A stretch of 55,190 bases of DNA, filler included, from a bacterium (GTDB taxonomy: Bacteria; UBA9089; CG2-30-40-21; SBAY01), in assembly GCA_040757115.1 (NCBI GenBank). It is 3 parts of 3 records of this genome, joined end to end, with 100 filler letters (N's around TTAATTAATTAA, not from the genome) between each part and the next. Parts side by side here need not be neighbours in the genome. Positions count along the whole stretch, not along the records: positions 18,479 to 36,803 come from JBFLYA010000067.1; 2 more parts are not named here. The stretch is one strand, 5' to 3'. Positions 19,483-28,317 of the stretch are shown piece by piece. The notes under the pieces were generated by a model, which had not been told where the DNA came from, did no database searches, and saw nothing but the letters and a program-made list of their open reading frames with translations. Position 1 is the stretch's first letter. Each line of letters opens with the position of its first letter. Both the position numbers and the translations under genes were made by a program.

Positions 19483-19710
19483 GTAACTATTTAGCCACAG
19501 ATGGACACAGATGAAACACTGATTTTTTTTGTAACTATTCACCACGAAGAGCACGAAGGTCACGAAGATTGGACAAGACAAATCTTTTTATGCCTTCTTT
19601 CAATCTTTCTACATTGAAATTTATCAACAAGCCAACTTTGATATTTGCTAACTTTATTAGATATTTCATCAAATTTCACTTCGTGCTCTCCCTGCCCTTC
19701 GTGGTTTAAT
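19483..19710. repeat. GTAACTATT-ended repeats with inverted CACGAAG nonamers enclosing a GxxExxY remnant
   Basis: Ends at 19483 and 19531; CACGAAG...CTTCGTG inverted arrays. Confidence 0.75.
19571..19679 (-). pseudogene. Internally deleted GxxExxY gene
   Basis: VKFDEISNKV joined at AAGTT to KLANIKVGLLINFNVERLKEGIKRFVL, the typical GxxExxY N- and C-termini. Confidence 0.75.
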
Positions 19711-19753
19711 CTCTTTTAGTCTATCCTCACCATAACCCTTAATTCTTCTATCT

Positions 19754-22675
19754 TCATCTCTCTCCATGCAAAATAAATGGTGCCCAGTAGAAGGGGTTAG
19801 GGTATTTTTTCTTTATCTCATTGCGGGCGAGTCTTAATGCCTCTCCTCGGGTCTTACCCTGTTTCAGGTGTTGATAAAATAACTCCATATACTCTCCAGT
19901 CTCTTTTGATGCTACCTCCCAGAGGCTTACGAGAACACTCCTTGCTCCTGCGTGTTGAAATGCCCTGGCAAAGTTCACTACTCCCTCACCTTCCATTACC
20001 TTTCCTCTGCCAGTGAGACAGGCTGAGAGAACCACTATGTCCGCATCCAGGCTTAGCCCTAATACCTCGGTTAAGGTCAGAAATCCATCATCTTCTCCCT
20101 TGTTTTCAACTTGTCCAAGGAGTAAGAAGGGTTCTTTTATGCCCTGCACCTTACCTGGTAAATCAGCATGGGTGGCAAAGTGGAGATAACGATAGTTTTT
20201 GAGTGTAGCCTTACGCAGGTTTGTCTCATTGGCATAGATATTTAATAAAACATCAGGGGGTTCTGATTTTACACCAAAAAGTCCTGCAATTGCTCTGACC
20301 TCGTCCTCTGTCTCAGGAAGTGGAATGAAAAACATCCCTTTGCCTTCTTTATCATCCTTACTTGTTTTTCCCCACTCTCGTCTTGTCGCAAGTCCTCGAT
20401 AGGCATATTGGGCCAGATTCTGGGTCAGCAAGGTAGGTTGTGGTTGCCCTTTTTTATAAGCGATGTAACGAGGGTCATTCTTATCATAAATGGGATTCCC
20501 AAGGGCAAATAAGATTTTAGAAGCCTGAGATGGTTTGAGCATACGGTTTAAGGCAAGGATTGATGCTGATTGGCAATATGTTGTCTTATACTTATCACCT
20601 ACATAAAGGCTATCTCGATAATCCTTTCCTGTGCTTATTACCAGTGCCTCAAAGGGAAGTAGTCCTAATATGCCATCAGGGATGATAATAATCTCTTTAT
20701 CGGGTGATATGCCTTTTAATGCATCTTCTAAGAGAAGACAATAGAGGCTTTGACCAAGGAAGGGAGAAAAATCTTCTTGGGTATATGGGCTTTGCAAGGG
20801 CAAGACAAACTCCTCAACCAATGCCTCTATCCCTTCTTTATCTTTGGGAATCTTTATCAGTCTCTCTACCTTTCCTTTACTCACCACAAAGAGATATGTG
20901 GCATCATCGCATATAGCATACTCCAGAAGAATCTCATTCTCCTTTAGAGGTAATTCCTCAACCGGAATAGGTTTTGGGTAATTTAGGCTGGCATAGCGTG
21001 GGTATTCCCTTCTCATATTTGAGATAAGCACATCAAGTTCCTTCTTTAAAGTTTCCTTCCTCTTTACCCATTCCTTAAACACATCCTCACCCTTTGTATA
21101 CATCTGTGTCCATTGCTCTTCTATGGCAGAGAGTCTATTCAGGATGTCTTCCTCTTTGTTTTTTATCTCAGGAGGTAGTTCTGACTTAAAGTATCCTCTA
21201 ACTGATTCGGCGATTGCCTCAAGCAAAACCCTTGCCCTGGTTGATTCAGCAAAGTAAAAGCTCGTGGATAAGAGGTCTTTGCCATAAGGCTTAAACCTTT
21301 CATCTATTGTTTCTCCCGTGATTACCCTTTCTGAGAGGGTAGAGATAAGCCCTTTATATGACCTGATTCTTCCACCATAATAACCTGCCCCAAAGAATCC
21401 TGCTTTCTCTCCTTTGATTCTCGCTCTCATTTCCTCAGAGATGGATACTGCCTGAAGGAATTCAGCTGATGCCTCCTTGAATTTACCCATCCCTTTTAAT
21501 CCCAGACCATTCTGGGTATAAACCTGGATACGATATGGGTCAGCAGTATTCCATTTTGGTGCCATTTCCTTAAGGAGGTTTAATGCCTCATTATGCCTTC
21601 CGGTAGCAATATAAAGCTCAACAAAACCAGATCTTCCTTTTGCCTCACTGAAATACTTTTCAGCCTCTTTATATCTTTTTTGAGATAGGTAAATATCACC
21701 AATATTATTCAGGCTTATGGCGATATCCTGAGGAATATTGAGTTCTTTTCTTATCTTCAATGCCTCCTCAAAGTAGCTTAATGCCTTCTCATACTGACCA
21801 AGGAAGTAGTAAACATAACCGATATTATTCAGGCTTGTGGCGATATCCTGAGGGATATTGAGTTCTCTATATATCTTCAATGCCTCCTCATAGTAGTTCA
21901 ATGCCTTTTCATACTGACCAAGGGAGGAGTAAACAGCACCGATATTATTCAGGCTTGTGGCGATATACTGAGGGATATTGAGTTGTCTTCTTATCTTCAA
22001 TGCCTCTTCATAGTAGTTCAATGCCTTTTCATACTGACCAAGGGAGTCGTAAACAAGACCGATATCATTCAGGCTTATGGCTATATACTGAGGGATATTG
22101 AGTTGTCTTACTATCTTCAATGCCTCCTCATAGTAGTTCAATGCCTTATCATACTGACCAAGGTGGTGGTAAACAAGACCGATATTATTCAGGCTTATGG
22201 CTATATACTGAGGGATATTGAGTTCTCTATATATCTTCAATGCCTCCTCCAAGTAGTTTAATGCCTTTTCATACTGACCAAGGGAGCAATAAACAAAACC
22301 GATATTATTCAGGCTTGTGGCGATAGATTCTGGTGATAGATTGTTTTCTCTTTTTATCTTCAGTGCCTCCTCATAGTAGTTCAATGCCTTCTCATACTGA
22401 CCAAGGGAGTTGTATACATAACCGATATCATTGAGATTTGCCGTAATAACCCGAAGATGATTTAAATCACGACAAATTTTTAATGACCTTTCATAATACG
22501 CCAGTGCTTCCTGATACCTTCCATATTTCTTTGCTTCCTTTCCCTGATTGTAAAGTCTTAGTGCTTTGTAAAGTCTTAGTGCTTCATCTACTGACTGTGA
22601 AAAGGTATTTCCCCAACACCCTATTACAAACAAAGCAATGAATAAAATGAATAAAGTAATTATTTTTCTCTTCAT
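19754..22675 (-). CDS. Exported TPR-CHAT (caspase-like) protease
   Basis: Signal peptide; about 8 40-aa TPRs; CHAT motifs IIPDGILGLLPFEAL, LPETEDEV, LHFATHA, VVLSACLTG, LVSLWEV, PFYWAPF; His/Cys dyad intact. Confidence 0.92.
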   Translation of the reverse strand: MKRKIITLFILFIALFVIGCWGNTFSQSVDEALRLYKALRLYNQGKEAKKYGRYQEALAYYERSLKICRDLNHLRVITANLNDIGYVYNSLGQYEKALNYYEEALKIKRENNLSPESIATSLNNIGFVYCSLGQYEKALNYLEEALKIYRELNIPQYIAISLNNIGLVYHHLGQYDKALNYYEEALKIVRQLNIPQYIAISLNDIGLVYDSLGQYEKALNYYEEALKIRRQLNIPQYIATSLNNIGAVYSSLGQYEKALNYYEEALKIYRELNIPQDIATSLNNIGYVYYFLGQYEKALSYFEEALKIRKELNIPQDIAISLNNIGDIYLSQKRYKEAEKYFSEAKGRSGFVELYIATGRHNEALNLLKEMAPKWNTADPYRIQVYTQNGLGLKGMGKFKEASAEFLQAVSISEEMRARIKGEKAGFFGAGYYGGRIRSYKGLISTLSERVITGETIDERFKPYGKDLLSTSFYFAESTRARVLLEAIAESVRGYFKSELPPEIKNKEEDILNRLSAIEEQWTQMYTKGEDVFKEWVKRKETLKKELDVLISNMRREYPRYASLNYPKPIPVEELPLKENEILLEYAICDDATYLFVVSKGKVERLIKIPKDKEGIEALVEEFVLPLQSPYTQEDFSPFLGQSLYCLLLEDALKGISPDKEIIIIPDGILGLLPFEALVISTGKDYRDSLYVGDKYKTTYCQSASILALNRMLKPSQASKILFALGNPIYDKNDPRYIAYKKGQPQPTLLTQNLAQYAYRGLATRREWGKTSKDDKEGKGMFFIPLPETEDEVRAIAGLFGVKSEPPDVLLNIYANETNLRKATLKNYRYLHFATHADLPGKVQGIKEPFLLLGQVENKGEDDGFLTLTEVLGLSLDADIVVLSACLTGRGKVMEGEGVVNFARAFQHAGARSVLVSLWEVASKETGEYMELFYQHLKQGKTRGEALRLARNEIKKKYPNPFYWAPFILHGER
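21700..22435 (-). repeat. 120-bp near-identical tandem DNA repeats encoding TPRs
   Basis: Period 120 visible at 21781/21901/22021/22141/22261. Confidence 0.92.
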
Positions 22676-22765
22676 TTTTTTATAACCTCCTTATAAAAGT
22701 AGCCATTTCCAGAGTGGAAAAGTTTCCACCTGTGCGGTTAGATTAACCTTCCTCACATCTTTTAA

Positions 22766-23096
22766 AACCACGAACGACCCACAAGTGGGTACCCCGGAAG
22801 GGGATGAAGAATTATAAACCAAATCGTAACTATTCAGCCACAGATGGACACGGATGAAACACGGAAAAATCGGTGAGGCGTGTTCGGTATCCGTGTCTGT
22901 AATCAGGCTGAAGGCTGAAGGGCTTTTCTTCTTCTAACTTCCACCTTCCTTAATCCCCCGCCAGCGGGGGACATCTATCTCTACCCTCTGCTTTCTCGCC
23001 CCTTGCATCTTGTCTTCTACTATCTGCTATTTATCCGTGTTAATCTGTGGCTGAATAATTACATTTTCTTCGTGGTCTTCGTGCCCTTCGTGGTTT
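22766..23096. repeat. Nested hairpin repeats (inner element 22826-23062 with GTAA...TTAC ends)
   Basis: GTAACTATTCAGCCACAGAT vs ATCTGTGGCTGAATAATTAC; outer AACCACGAA / TTCGTGGTT. Confidence 0.75.
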
Positions 23097-23112
23097 ATCT
23101 TAATCGCATTAG

Positions 23113-23171
23113 TGACCATCCTATTGGTTAAATATAGCAAGATTATAACCATTATAATGGTTATTTGTCAA
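23113..23171 (-). promoter_or_regulatory. sigma70-like promoter for the CHAT gene overlapped by palindromic operators
   Basis: TTGACA(23171-66)-N18-TATAAT(23147-42); perfect palindrome ATAACCATTATAATGGTTAT at 23145-64; second site TGACCA-N6-TGGTTA at 23113-30. Confidence 0.65.
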
Positions 23172-23213
23172 GTTAAATCGCAACCACCAGTAGCTATTTT
23201 CATTTTTTTTCAC

Positions 23214-24008
23214 TCATCTATGCTTAAATTGATACATTCCGAATACCAGACCTGGTAATTTATCTGTTACCTGGTCATTATGAATTAAGTGCGAAACGAG
23301 TTTTTCTGTCAAATCTCTTTTGTAAGTCAGTTCTCTTTCTGCATTCAGTCTGGCAGTTAATTCTTCCAGTCCCTCCTGTCTCCACCTTGAAGCTACCAGG
23401 TATATCTTCTCTGTCCCGGGTATATCGTCTAAGGAAAACCAATTAGCGTCATTGGGAATTCGTAGTGGTCCTGGTGGTATAGGATTAGGTGTTGGGATAT
23501 CTTTACCTGGAAAGAGTTGTTTTAAGACTCCAGAGCTATTTAATTGAAAGATATAGAGATAACAATAGTCAGATGCATAAGTTGTCAGGTAATAAGGGTC
23601 ATTGCTGGTTAGGATTAGGGTATCAGATGGAGTTTTAGCGGTAACAAATCTCTTTTGAGCAGGCAGGTAATGGAATTTGGAGTCAACCTTAAGTTCATCC
23701 ATTAACAGGGAGTAGAGATTCTTTAGTGAGGCATCCTCGGGATTTGTCTTAAGCCTTTGGTTAAGTTTTGTTATGGCTGTATCGTAGTCTCCAGATACAA
23801 TCATTTTATATATTTGTTCAGTGGAAACAGATGTGGTTTTCAGCCATTGTTTATTGACTGGTTTTGGTAATTTAAGGCTGGCTTTCTTAAGCCAATATCC
23901 TCCAGAGACTATGAGCAAAACAGCGATTGCTATTGGCAAGACGACTTTCATCATCAGCCTTTTTATTTTATCCCAGAATATCATTTGCTGTAATGGAGTT
24001 CCAAACAT
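23214..24008 (-). CDS. Membrane-anchored protein with TPR-like helix and DUF4384-like domain
   Basis: TM VVLPIAIAVLLIVSGGYWL; CYLYIFQLNSSG..QLFP..NPI....RIP....F.LDDIPGTEKIYLVAS. Confidence 0.75.
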   Translation of the reverse strand: MFGTPLQQMIFWDKIKRLMMKVVLPIAIAVLLIVSGGYWLKKASLKLPKPVNKQWLKTTSVSTEQIYKMIVSGDYDTAITKLNQRLKTNPEDASLKNLYSLLMDELKVDSKFHYLPAQKRFVTAKTPSDTLILTSNDPYYLTTYASDYCYLYIFQLNSSGVLKQLFPGKDIPTPNPIPPGPLRIPNDANWFSLDDIPGTEKIYLVASRWRQEGLEELTARLNAERELTYKRDLTEKLVSHLIHNDQVTDKLPGLVFGMYQFKHR

Positions 24009-24012
24009 AATA

Positions 24013-24714
24013 GTATCTCCTGATTGTAACTGTTCACCGCAGAGACACAGAGACGCAGAGAAGAAAATTAAAATTTATGGACGATACGCTTAATCCCATC
24101 CTTGATTTTCATCAGTGCAAGCTTTTGAGAACAGATTAATGTAACACTTTTAGCCATCTGAAGTGGAATCATGGTAATCAGTTATCGGTAATCGGTTATC
24201 GGTGACCGATTACCTGATTACCGACCACCGATTACCCGATTACCTTATGGTCACCATGTCCTATGTATTACCATGATGTCCTCAATAATCTTTTCTGTTA
24301 TCTGATTTATTTCCATATCTTCTCTGTTCCTCTGCGTCTCTGCGGTGAATTACTATCTGTATCTCCTGATTGTAACTGTTCACCGCAGAGACACAGAGAC
24401 GCAGAGAAGAAAATTAAAATTTATGGACGATACGCTTAATCCCATCCTTGATTTTCATCAGTGCAAGCTTTTGAGAACAGATTAATGTAACACTTTTAGC
24501 CATCTGAAGTGGAATCATGGTAATCAGTTATCGGTAATCGGTTATCGGTGACCGATTACCTGATTACCGACCACCGATTACCCGATTACCTTATGGTCAC
24601 CATGTCCTATGTATTACCATGATGTCCTCAATAATCTTTTCTGTTATCTGATTTATTTCCATATCTTCTCTGTTCCTCTGCGTCTCTGCGGTGAATTACT
24701 ATCGGAACGGTTAC
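24013..24714. repeat. Exact tandem duplication (period 346) of a GxxExxY-derived mini-element
   Basis: 24013-24357 = 24359-24703; each copy carries MEINQITEKII...IHRT (ATG 24316 / 24662, - strand) and KDGIKRIVHKF*; terminal GGAACGGTTAC at 24704-14. Confidence 0.9.
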
Positions 24715-25439
24715 AAAAATAGTTTCTTAAATGCATCTTCTGTTTCAGCTCGTTGATAAAAGTGGTCGTCAGTAATTTTCAGTTCTGCTGAGCTAAAGAT
24801 ATCTACCCAGGTATTGACAATGTTTTTAAATTCCTTTCTTCCTGAGGCATTAACATAAAGACAATAAACCTCTGTATCTATGGGAAACCTTAAATCATCG
24901 GCATCCTGAAGTCTTGGTGGCCAGGGATACTGAATCATATCAGAAAAGATGATGATTGTATTACGATAATTACCTTCTTCTCTGTTTAAGAAGTGGGCGG
25001 TATGATATAAGGCACCTAAGATATCCGTTCCTTTATAAACCTCCTGGCGCCTGGTTAATTCTTGCACAGCTTTACTTATCCTTGTCTTTTCTTGTATTGC
25101 CTGCAAGGTAGCTTCATTAAAGGTCTTTAGGGGAATCCTTACATCATCAATATCAAAGCCATGCTCATCAATCCCAATCACGCAGAACTTATCACCAGGC
25201 TGAATCTGGTTTACTATCCGTCTAACCCAGGGGACGACCTCTGGCCAAAACATAGTGATTTGCCCTTGTGAGCTGTGCAAGGCAAAAGAATCTGTCTCAT
25301 CTACTAAGACAATCACAAATCGGGGTTTTTCTGGTTGTTCCAATCCACCACATCCTGCTAATAACAGAAGAGGAATGCAGATACCTAATGTTGTTTTAAC
25401 TATGGGCAGAAAACGATGGATTTGTGAAAAAGTCTTCAT
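24711..25439 (-). CDS. Lipoprotein with vWA-like domain
   Basis: Lipobox LAGC; IVLVDETDS (MIDAS-like), GTDILGAL, IIIFSDM; stop codon supplied by the repeat end. Confidence 0.7.
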   Translation of the reverse strand: MKTFSQIHRFLPIVKTTLGICIPLLLLAGCGGLEQPEKPRFVIVLVDETDSFALHSSQGQITMFWPEVVPWVRRIVNQIQPGDKFCVIGIDEHGFDIDDVRIPLKTFNEATLQAIQEKTRISKAVQELTRRQEVYKGTDILGALYHTAHFLNREEGNYRNTIIIFSDMIQYPWPPRLQDADDLRFPIDTEVYCLYVNASGRKEFKNIVNTWVDIFSSAELKITDDHFYQRAETEDAFKKLFL

Positions 25440-25458
25440 TGGTGACTACCTCCTTTTT

Positions 25459-27129
25459 TTACCTTTTGCCCCAGTTCCATGGTAATAATAAAGATAGATA
25501 TTTGAGATTGTATTTCCATAGTAAACCTTTAAGTGTCTTCCTATGGTGGTTTACAGTCTCCTTTACCTTCCTGGTCCTATCTTCAACCGCCTTATATGGA
25601 GCCGTTGCTATCGCTGGGGTATATTGGTTAAATTTTTCTCTTAGTTCCTTCAGAGTTTTACTGAGATTTTCCAGGTCAGTTTCTATCCCTAGAAGTTTAT
25701 TAGACCGGACATTATTAGTGATTCTGTGGGATGTATCCAGGATATTTTCTGCACTTTCTTTTATCTTTCTATCCGAAGCCTTTGTCTCTTCTAATAAGCT
25801 CTCCAAATCCCTTCTTTGGTGATGAGGGATAACTGAAGACGGTGTTTGGACTCCGAGCAATATATTACTTATCTCCTGAGCGATGTTCTTTAAATCAATA
25901 TGTAAGGGTGAAGAATCTAACTTCAGCAAATCCGTTTCAGCATCTACAAGTTTAGGTCCAAAGTCATTTTTAAATCTATTTACTGTATCTTCCCATGTTT
26001 TTAGGGAAACAAACTGCACAACCTCTGGCAAAAATCGCTCAATCTCTTTATTCTGGTCATCTATCTCTTTATTAGCTTTTTTCACCGTCTTTTTTACCTG
26101 CTTCAATGAGCGCCAGTCATTAGCTTCTTCTATTCCCTTATCTATGTTATCTATCCTTGCGTCCCATTGTTTTATCTTGTTTTCAAATTGTCCTATTTTC
26201 TGTATCGGTTCATCAAAACTCTGAATTTTTTTCCCTAATATTTCGTTAGATGTTATCTCCGTCTTTAGTTCGTTAGTATCTTTCTTCAATTTTTCAACCT
26301 TCTTTTCTAACTCATTAGTCTCATTCTTTAAGTCGGTTACCGCCTGGGGCACTTTCTCCCTCTGATGAATAATAACAGGTTTAGGAGATACACATACCCA
26401 CCAAACGCCTATACCCCAGACTGAAACCATTAATCCGCCAAACCAATACAGACCAACTTTGACCATTGGCTCTATGAATTGTCCGAAACCAAATGTGCCA
26501 GCAAGAATCTCACCGATAGGGACAAAGAGACCAATAATCCCTGCTAACCATGGGCCATATTTAGATATTATTATATCCACCTGTGTAGGTGAGATTGGTA
26601 TTTCGCCAGCATTCAATAGATATGCCCGCCAAATAGCAAGCCCTGCTTCACAAACAATTGATAAGGCAATCAGGATGAAGAGACAAATCTTTGCAAGTTT
26701 GGTCCAGAAGGTTTCGGCTCTGATAGCTTTAAATATTACCCCAAAGACTGTCTGAGTAATTGCCCAGAGAAAGCCCATTATTAAAGGGAAGACAGAGTAA
26801 GTTCCTACCCAGGGGAGGGGAATTCGTCTTCCACCACCAGGAAAGACCATTTCTAAAACCTGTGCCAATATAAGCACATTCAAGGCAATAAGAAATGGCC
26901 AGAGTAAGGCACAGAGAAATCCTACAACCGAGGCACCTTGTGGTAAATGGTGGAATAACTCGCCTGCTTTTCTCCACCAGCGGCTTCGATTGTCACATCC
27001 CCATTGACAACTATCCCGATTAAAGGGGAAGTACTTATTAAATAACCAGAAAAACCGTTGAATCAAACCGAGCACGATAATTACTATAAAGGGTAGCGAA
27101 ACCCAGATTTTAAAATCAGAAATCTCCAT
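25459..27129 (-). CDS. Hypothetical multi-pass membrane protein with long C-terminal coiled coil
   Basis: About 6 hydrophobic segments in the first 250 aa, then heptad-rich K/E helices; strong SD AGGAGG. Confidence 0.75.
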   Translation of the reverse strand: MEISDFKIWVSLPFIVIIVLGLIQRFFWLFNKYFPFNRDSCQWGCDNRSRWWRKAGELFHHLPQGASVVGFLCALLWPFLIALNVLILAQVLEMVFPGGGRRIPLPWVGTYSVFPLIMGFLWAITQTVFGVIFKAIRAETFWTKLAKICLFILIALSIVCEAGLAIWRAYLLNAGEIPISPTQVDIIISKYGPWLAGIIGLFVPIGEILAGTFGFGQFIEPMVKVGLYWFGGLMVSVWGIGVWWVCVSPKPVIIHQREKVPQAVTDLKNETNELEKKVEKLKKDTNELKTEITSNEILGKKIQSFDEPIQKIGQFENKIKQWDARIDNIDKGIEEANDWRSLKQVKKTVKKANKEIDDQNKEIERFLPEVVQFVSLKTWEDTVNRFKNDFGPKLVDAETDLLKLDSSPLHIDLKNIAQEISNILLGVQTPSSVIPHHQRRDLESLLEETKASDRKIKESAENILDTSHRITNNVRSNKLLGIETDLENLSKTLKELREKFNQYTPAIATAPYKAVEDRTRKVKETVNHHRKTLKGLLWKYNLKYLSLLLPWNWGKR

Positions 27130-27152
27130 CGTCTTTTAACCTCCTATTTTAG

Positions 27153-27181
27153 TTATCGCATCAAATTATATTTTTTCTCAC
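27153..27181 (-). promoter_or_regulatory. Putative cognate promoter of the island sigma factor (copy 2)
   Basis: GTGAGAAAAAAT-N11-CGATAA, same spacing as 29473-29501. Confidence 0.65.
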
Positions 27182-27182
27182 C

Positions 27183-28307
27183 TCAATCTATGTGTTGGAA
27201 TCTAAATTCTTTATAAAAATCTACCATCTTTTGAATGGTTTCCTTTCTTTTTTCCACAGGTAATACCTTTAACTTCTCTGAAAACAAATTGTTAGATGAG
27301 CGACTGGAGGCAAGAAAATAAAGCTTTTCTTCTCCTGTTTTCTCATCCAGATAATAGCAGGTATCCTCTGATGGAATCCAGTAAGATACACCTTCCTTAA
27401 GTGGATTTGTTTCCCTACTATATTTAACATTAGGGAATAAAATATCGAACTTACCCGAAGAGTCAATCTGGTATATATAGAGATAACATTTAGTATCAGG
27501 TTTAATCTTAAACTGATAGTTATCTTTAGAGCTAAGAGAGAGATTTGAATTACTGTCTTCTTCTATAAGGTTTAGATATTGATGTTGTGGATTGTAATAA
27601 TGGAATTCCATTTCCTGAAAACTAAAGGGTTTTTTACTCACATTGTTTCCTAATACCCGATATCCAATTATAGCTAAAGCCATTATAGCCATCAAGATTA
27701 GCAGATATTTTCTGCCTGGCTTTTTATCAGGAGAACCATCGGGGATTCCCTTCAAAAGTGATTCTATTGCCTCCTTTACTGTAGATACAGGTATAGCCTC
27801 TATCTGGCTTGTCATTATCCTTTCTCTTAGATTGCTATCTATCTCTGCATCATTTTCCTTAGGATAGAATATCTTATCACCCTTCTTTAAGATGCCAAGA
27901 GTAGATTGGAGTTTTTCGTTTATTCCGTTTACCCTTTTTACTACGGCGTCGGCAGTTGAGTCTGAAATTACCCCTGTGGCAGAGATGGAGAATGGTAAAG
28001 GGTTGCCTTTCTTTCGACAAATTTCTTCCGCAAACTTAAGTGAGAATGCTAACCCTGCACTTTCGCCAAATGCCTTAGAAGGAGCTAAATCCTTAAATTC
28101 GTATGAAACAGCTTGTTTTTTGTTCTCTATCAATATTCTTCTATCTCTGAGGATATGATAAACCGAGATAGTCCCCTTCTTAGCTGAAGCTTCTATTTGT
28201 AAGTTATCTTGATTAATCACAAAAACCTCTATTGGTTTATCTGAAAAATAAGACCCCATTAACAACTCACTTATTGTGTTATCCTCAAATAGAGCAAATA
28301 CACCCAT
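27183..28307 (-). CDS. Lon (S16) protease domain - TM helix - DUF4384-like domain
   Basis: FGESAGLA (Ser83), ISATG, VKRVNGINEK (Lys132), IFYPKEN, IPVSTVKEAI; TM YLLILMAIMALAIIGY; CYLYIYQIDSSG..ILFPN..NPL..YWIP..YYLDEKTGEEKLYFLAS. Confidence 0.8.
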   Translation of the reverse strand: MGVFALFEDNTISELLMGSYFSDKPIEVFVINQDNLQIEASAKKGTISVYHILRDRRILIENKKQAVSYEFKDLAPSKAFGESAGLAFSLKFAEEICRKKGNPLPFSISATGVISDSTADAVVKRVNGINEKLQSTLGILKKGDKIFYPKENDAEIDSNLRERIMTSQIEAIPVSTVKEAIESLLKGIPDGSPDKKPGRKYLLILMAIMALAIIGYRVLGNNVSKKPFSFQEMEFHYYNPQHQYLNLIEEDSNSNLSLSSKDNYQFKIKPDTKCYLYIYQIDSSGKFDILFPNVKYSRETNPLKEGVSYWIPSEDTCYYLDEKTGEEKLYFLASSRSSNNLFSEKLKVLPVEKRKETIQKMVDFYKEFRFQHID

Positions 28308-28317
28308 TTATTATACC

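Noticed and set aside
21700-22435. Regular repeats as a CRISPR array
   Set aside because: In-frame 120-bp coding units with no unique spacers; no cas genes in the window
22690-22760. Riboswitch (c-di-GMP-like) upstream of the CHAT gene
   Set aside because: Only a short GTGGAAA/TTTCCAC hairpin; GGCAAA and GCAAAG elements absent
22826-23062. GTAAC...TTAC hairpins as integron attC sites
   Set aside because: No integrase, no RYYYAAC/GTTRRRY cores, and copies also flank core genes such as hflX and pilQ
24013-24703. Treating the exact tandem duplication as certainly biological
   Set aside because: Copies look identical and may be an assembly artefact; needs read depth or long reads
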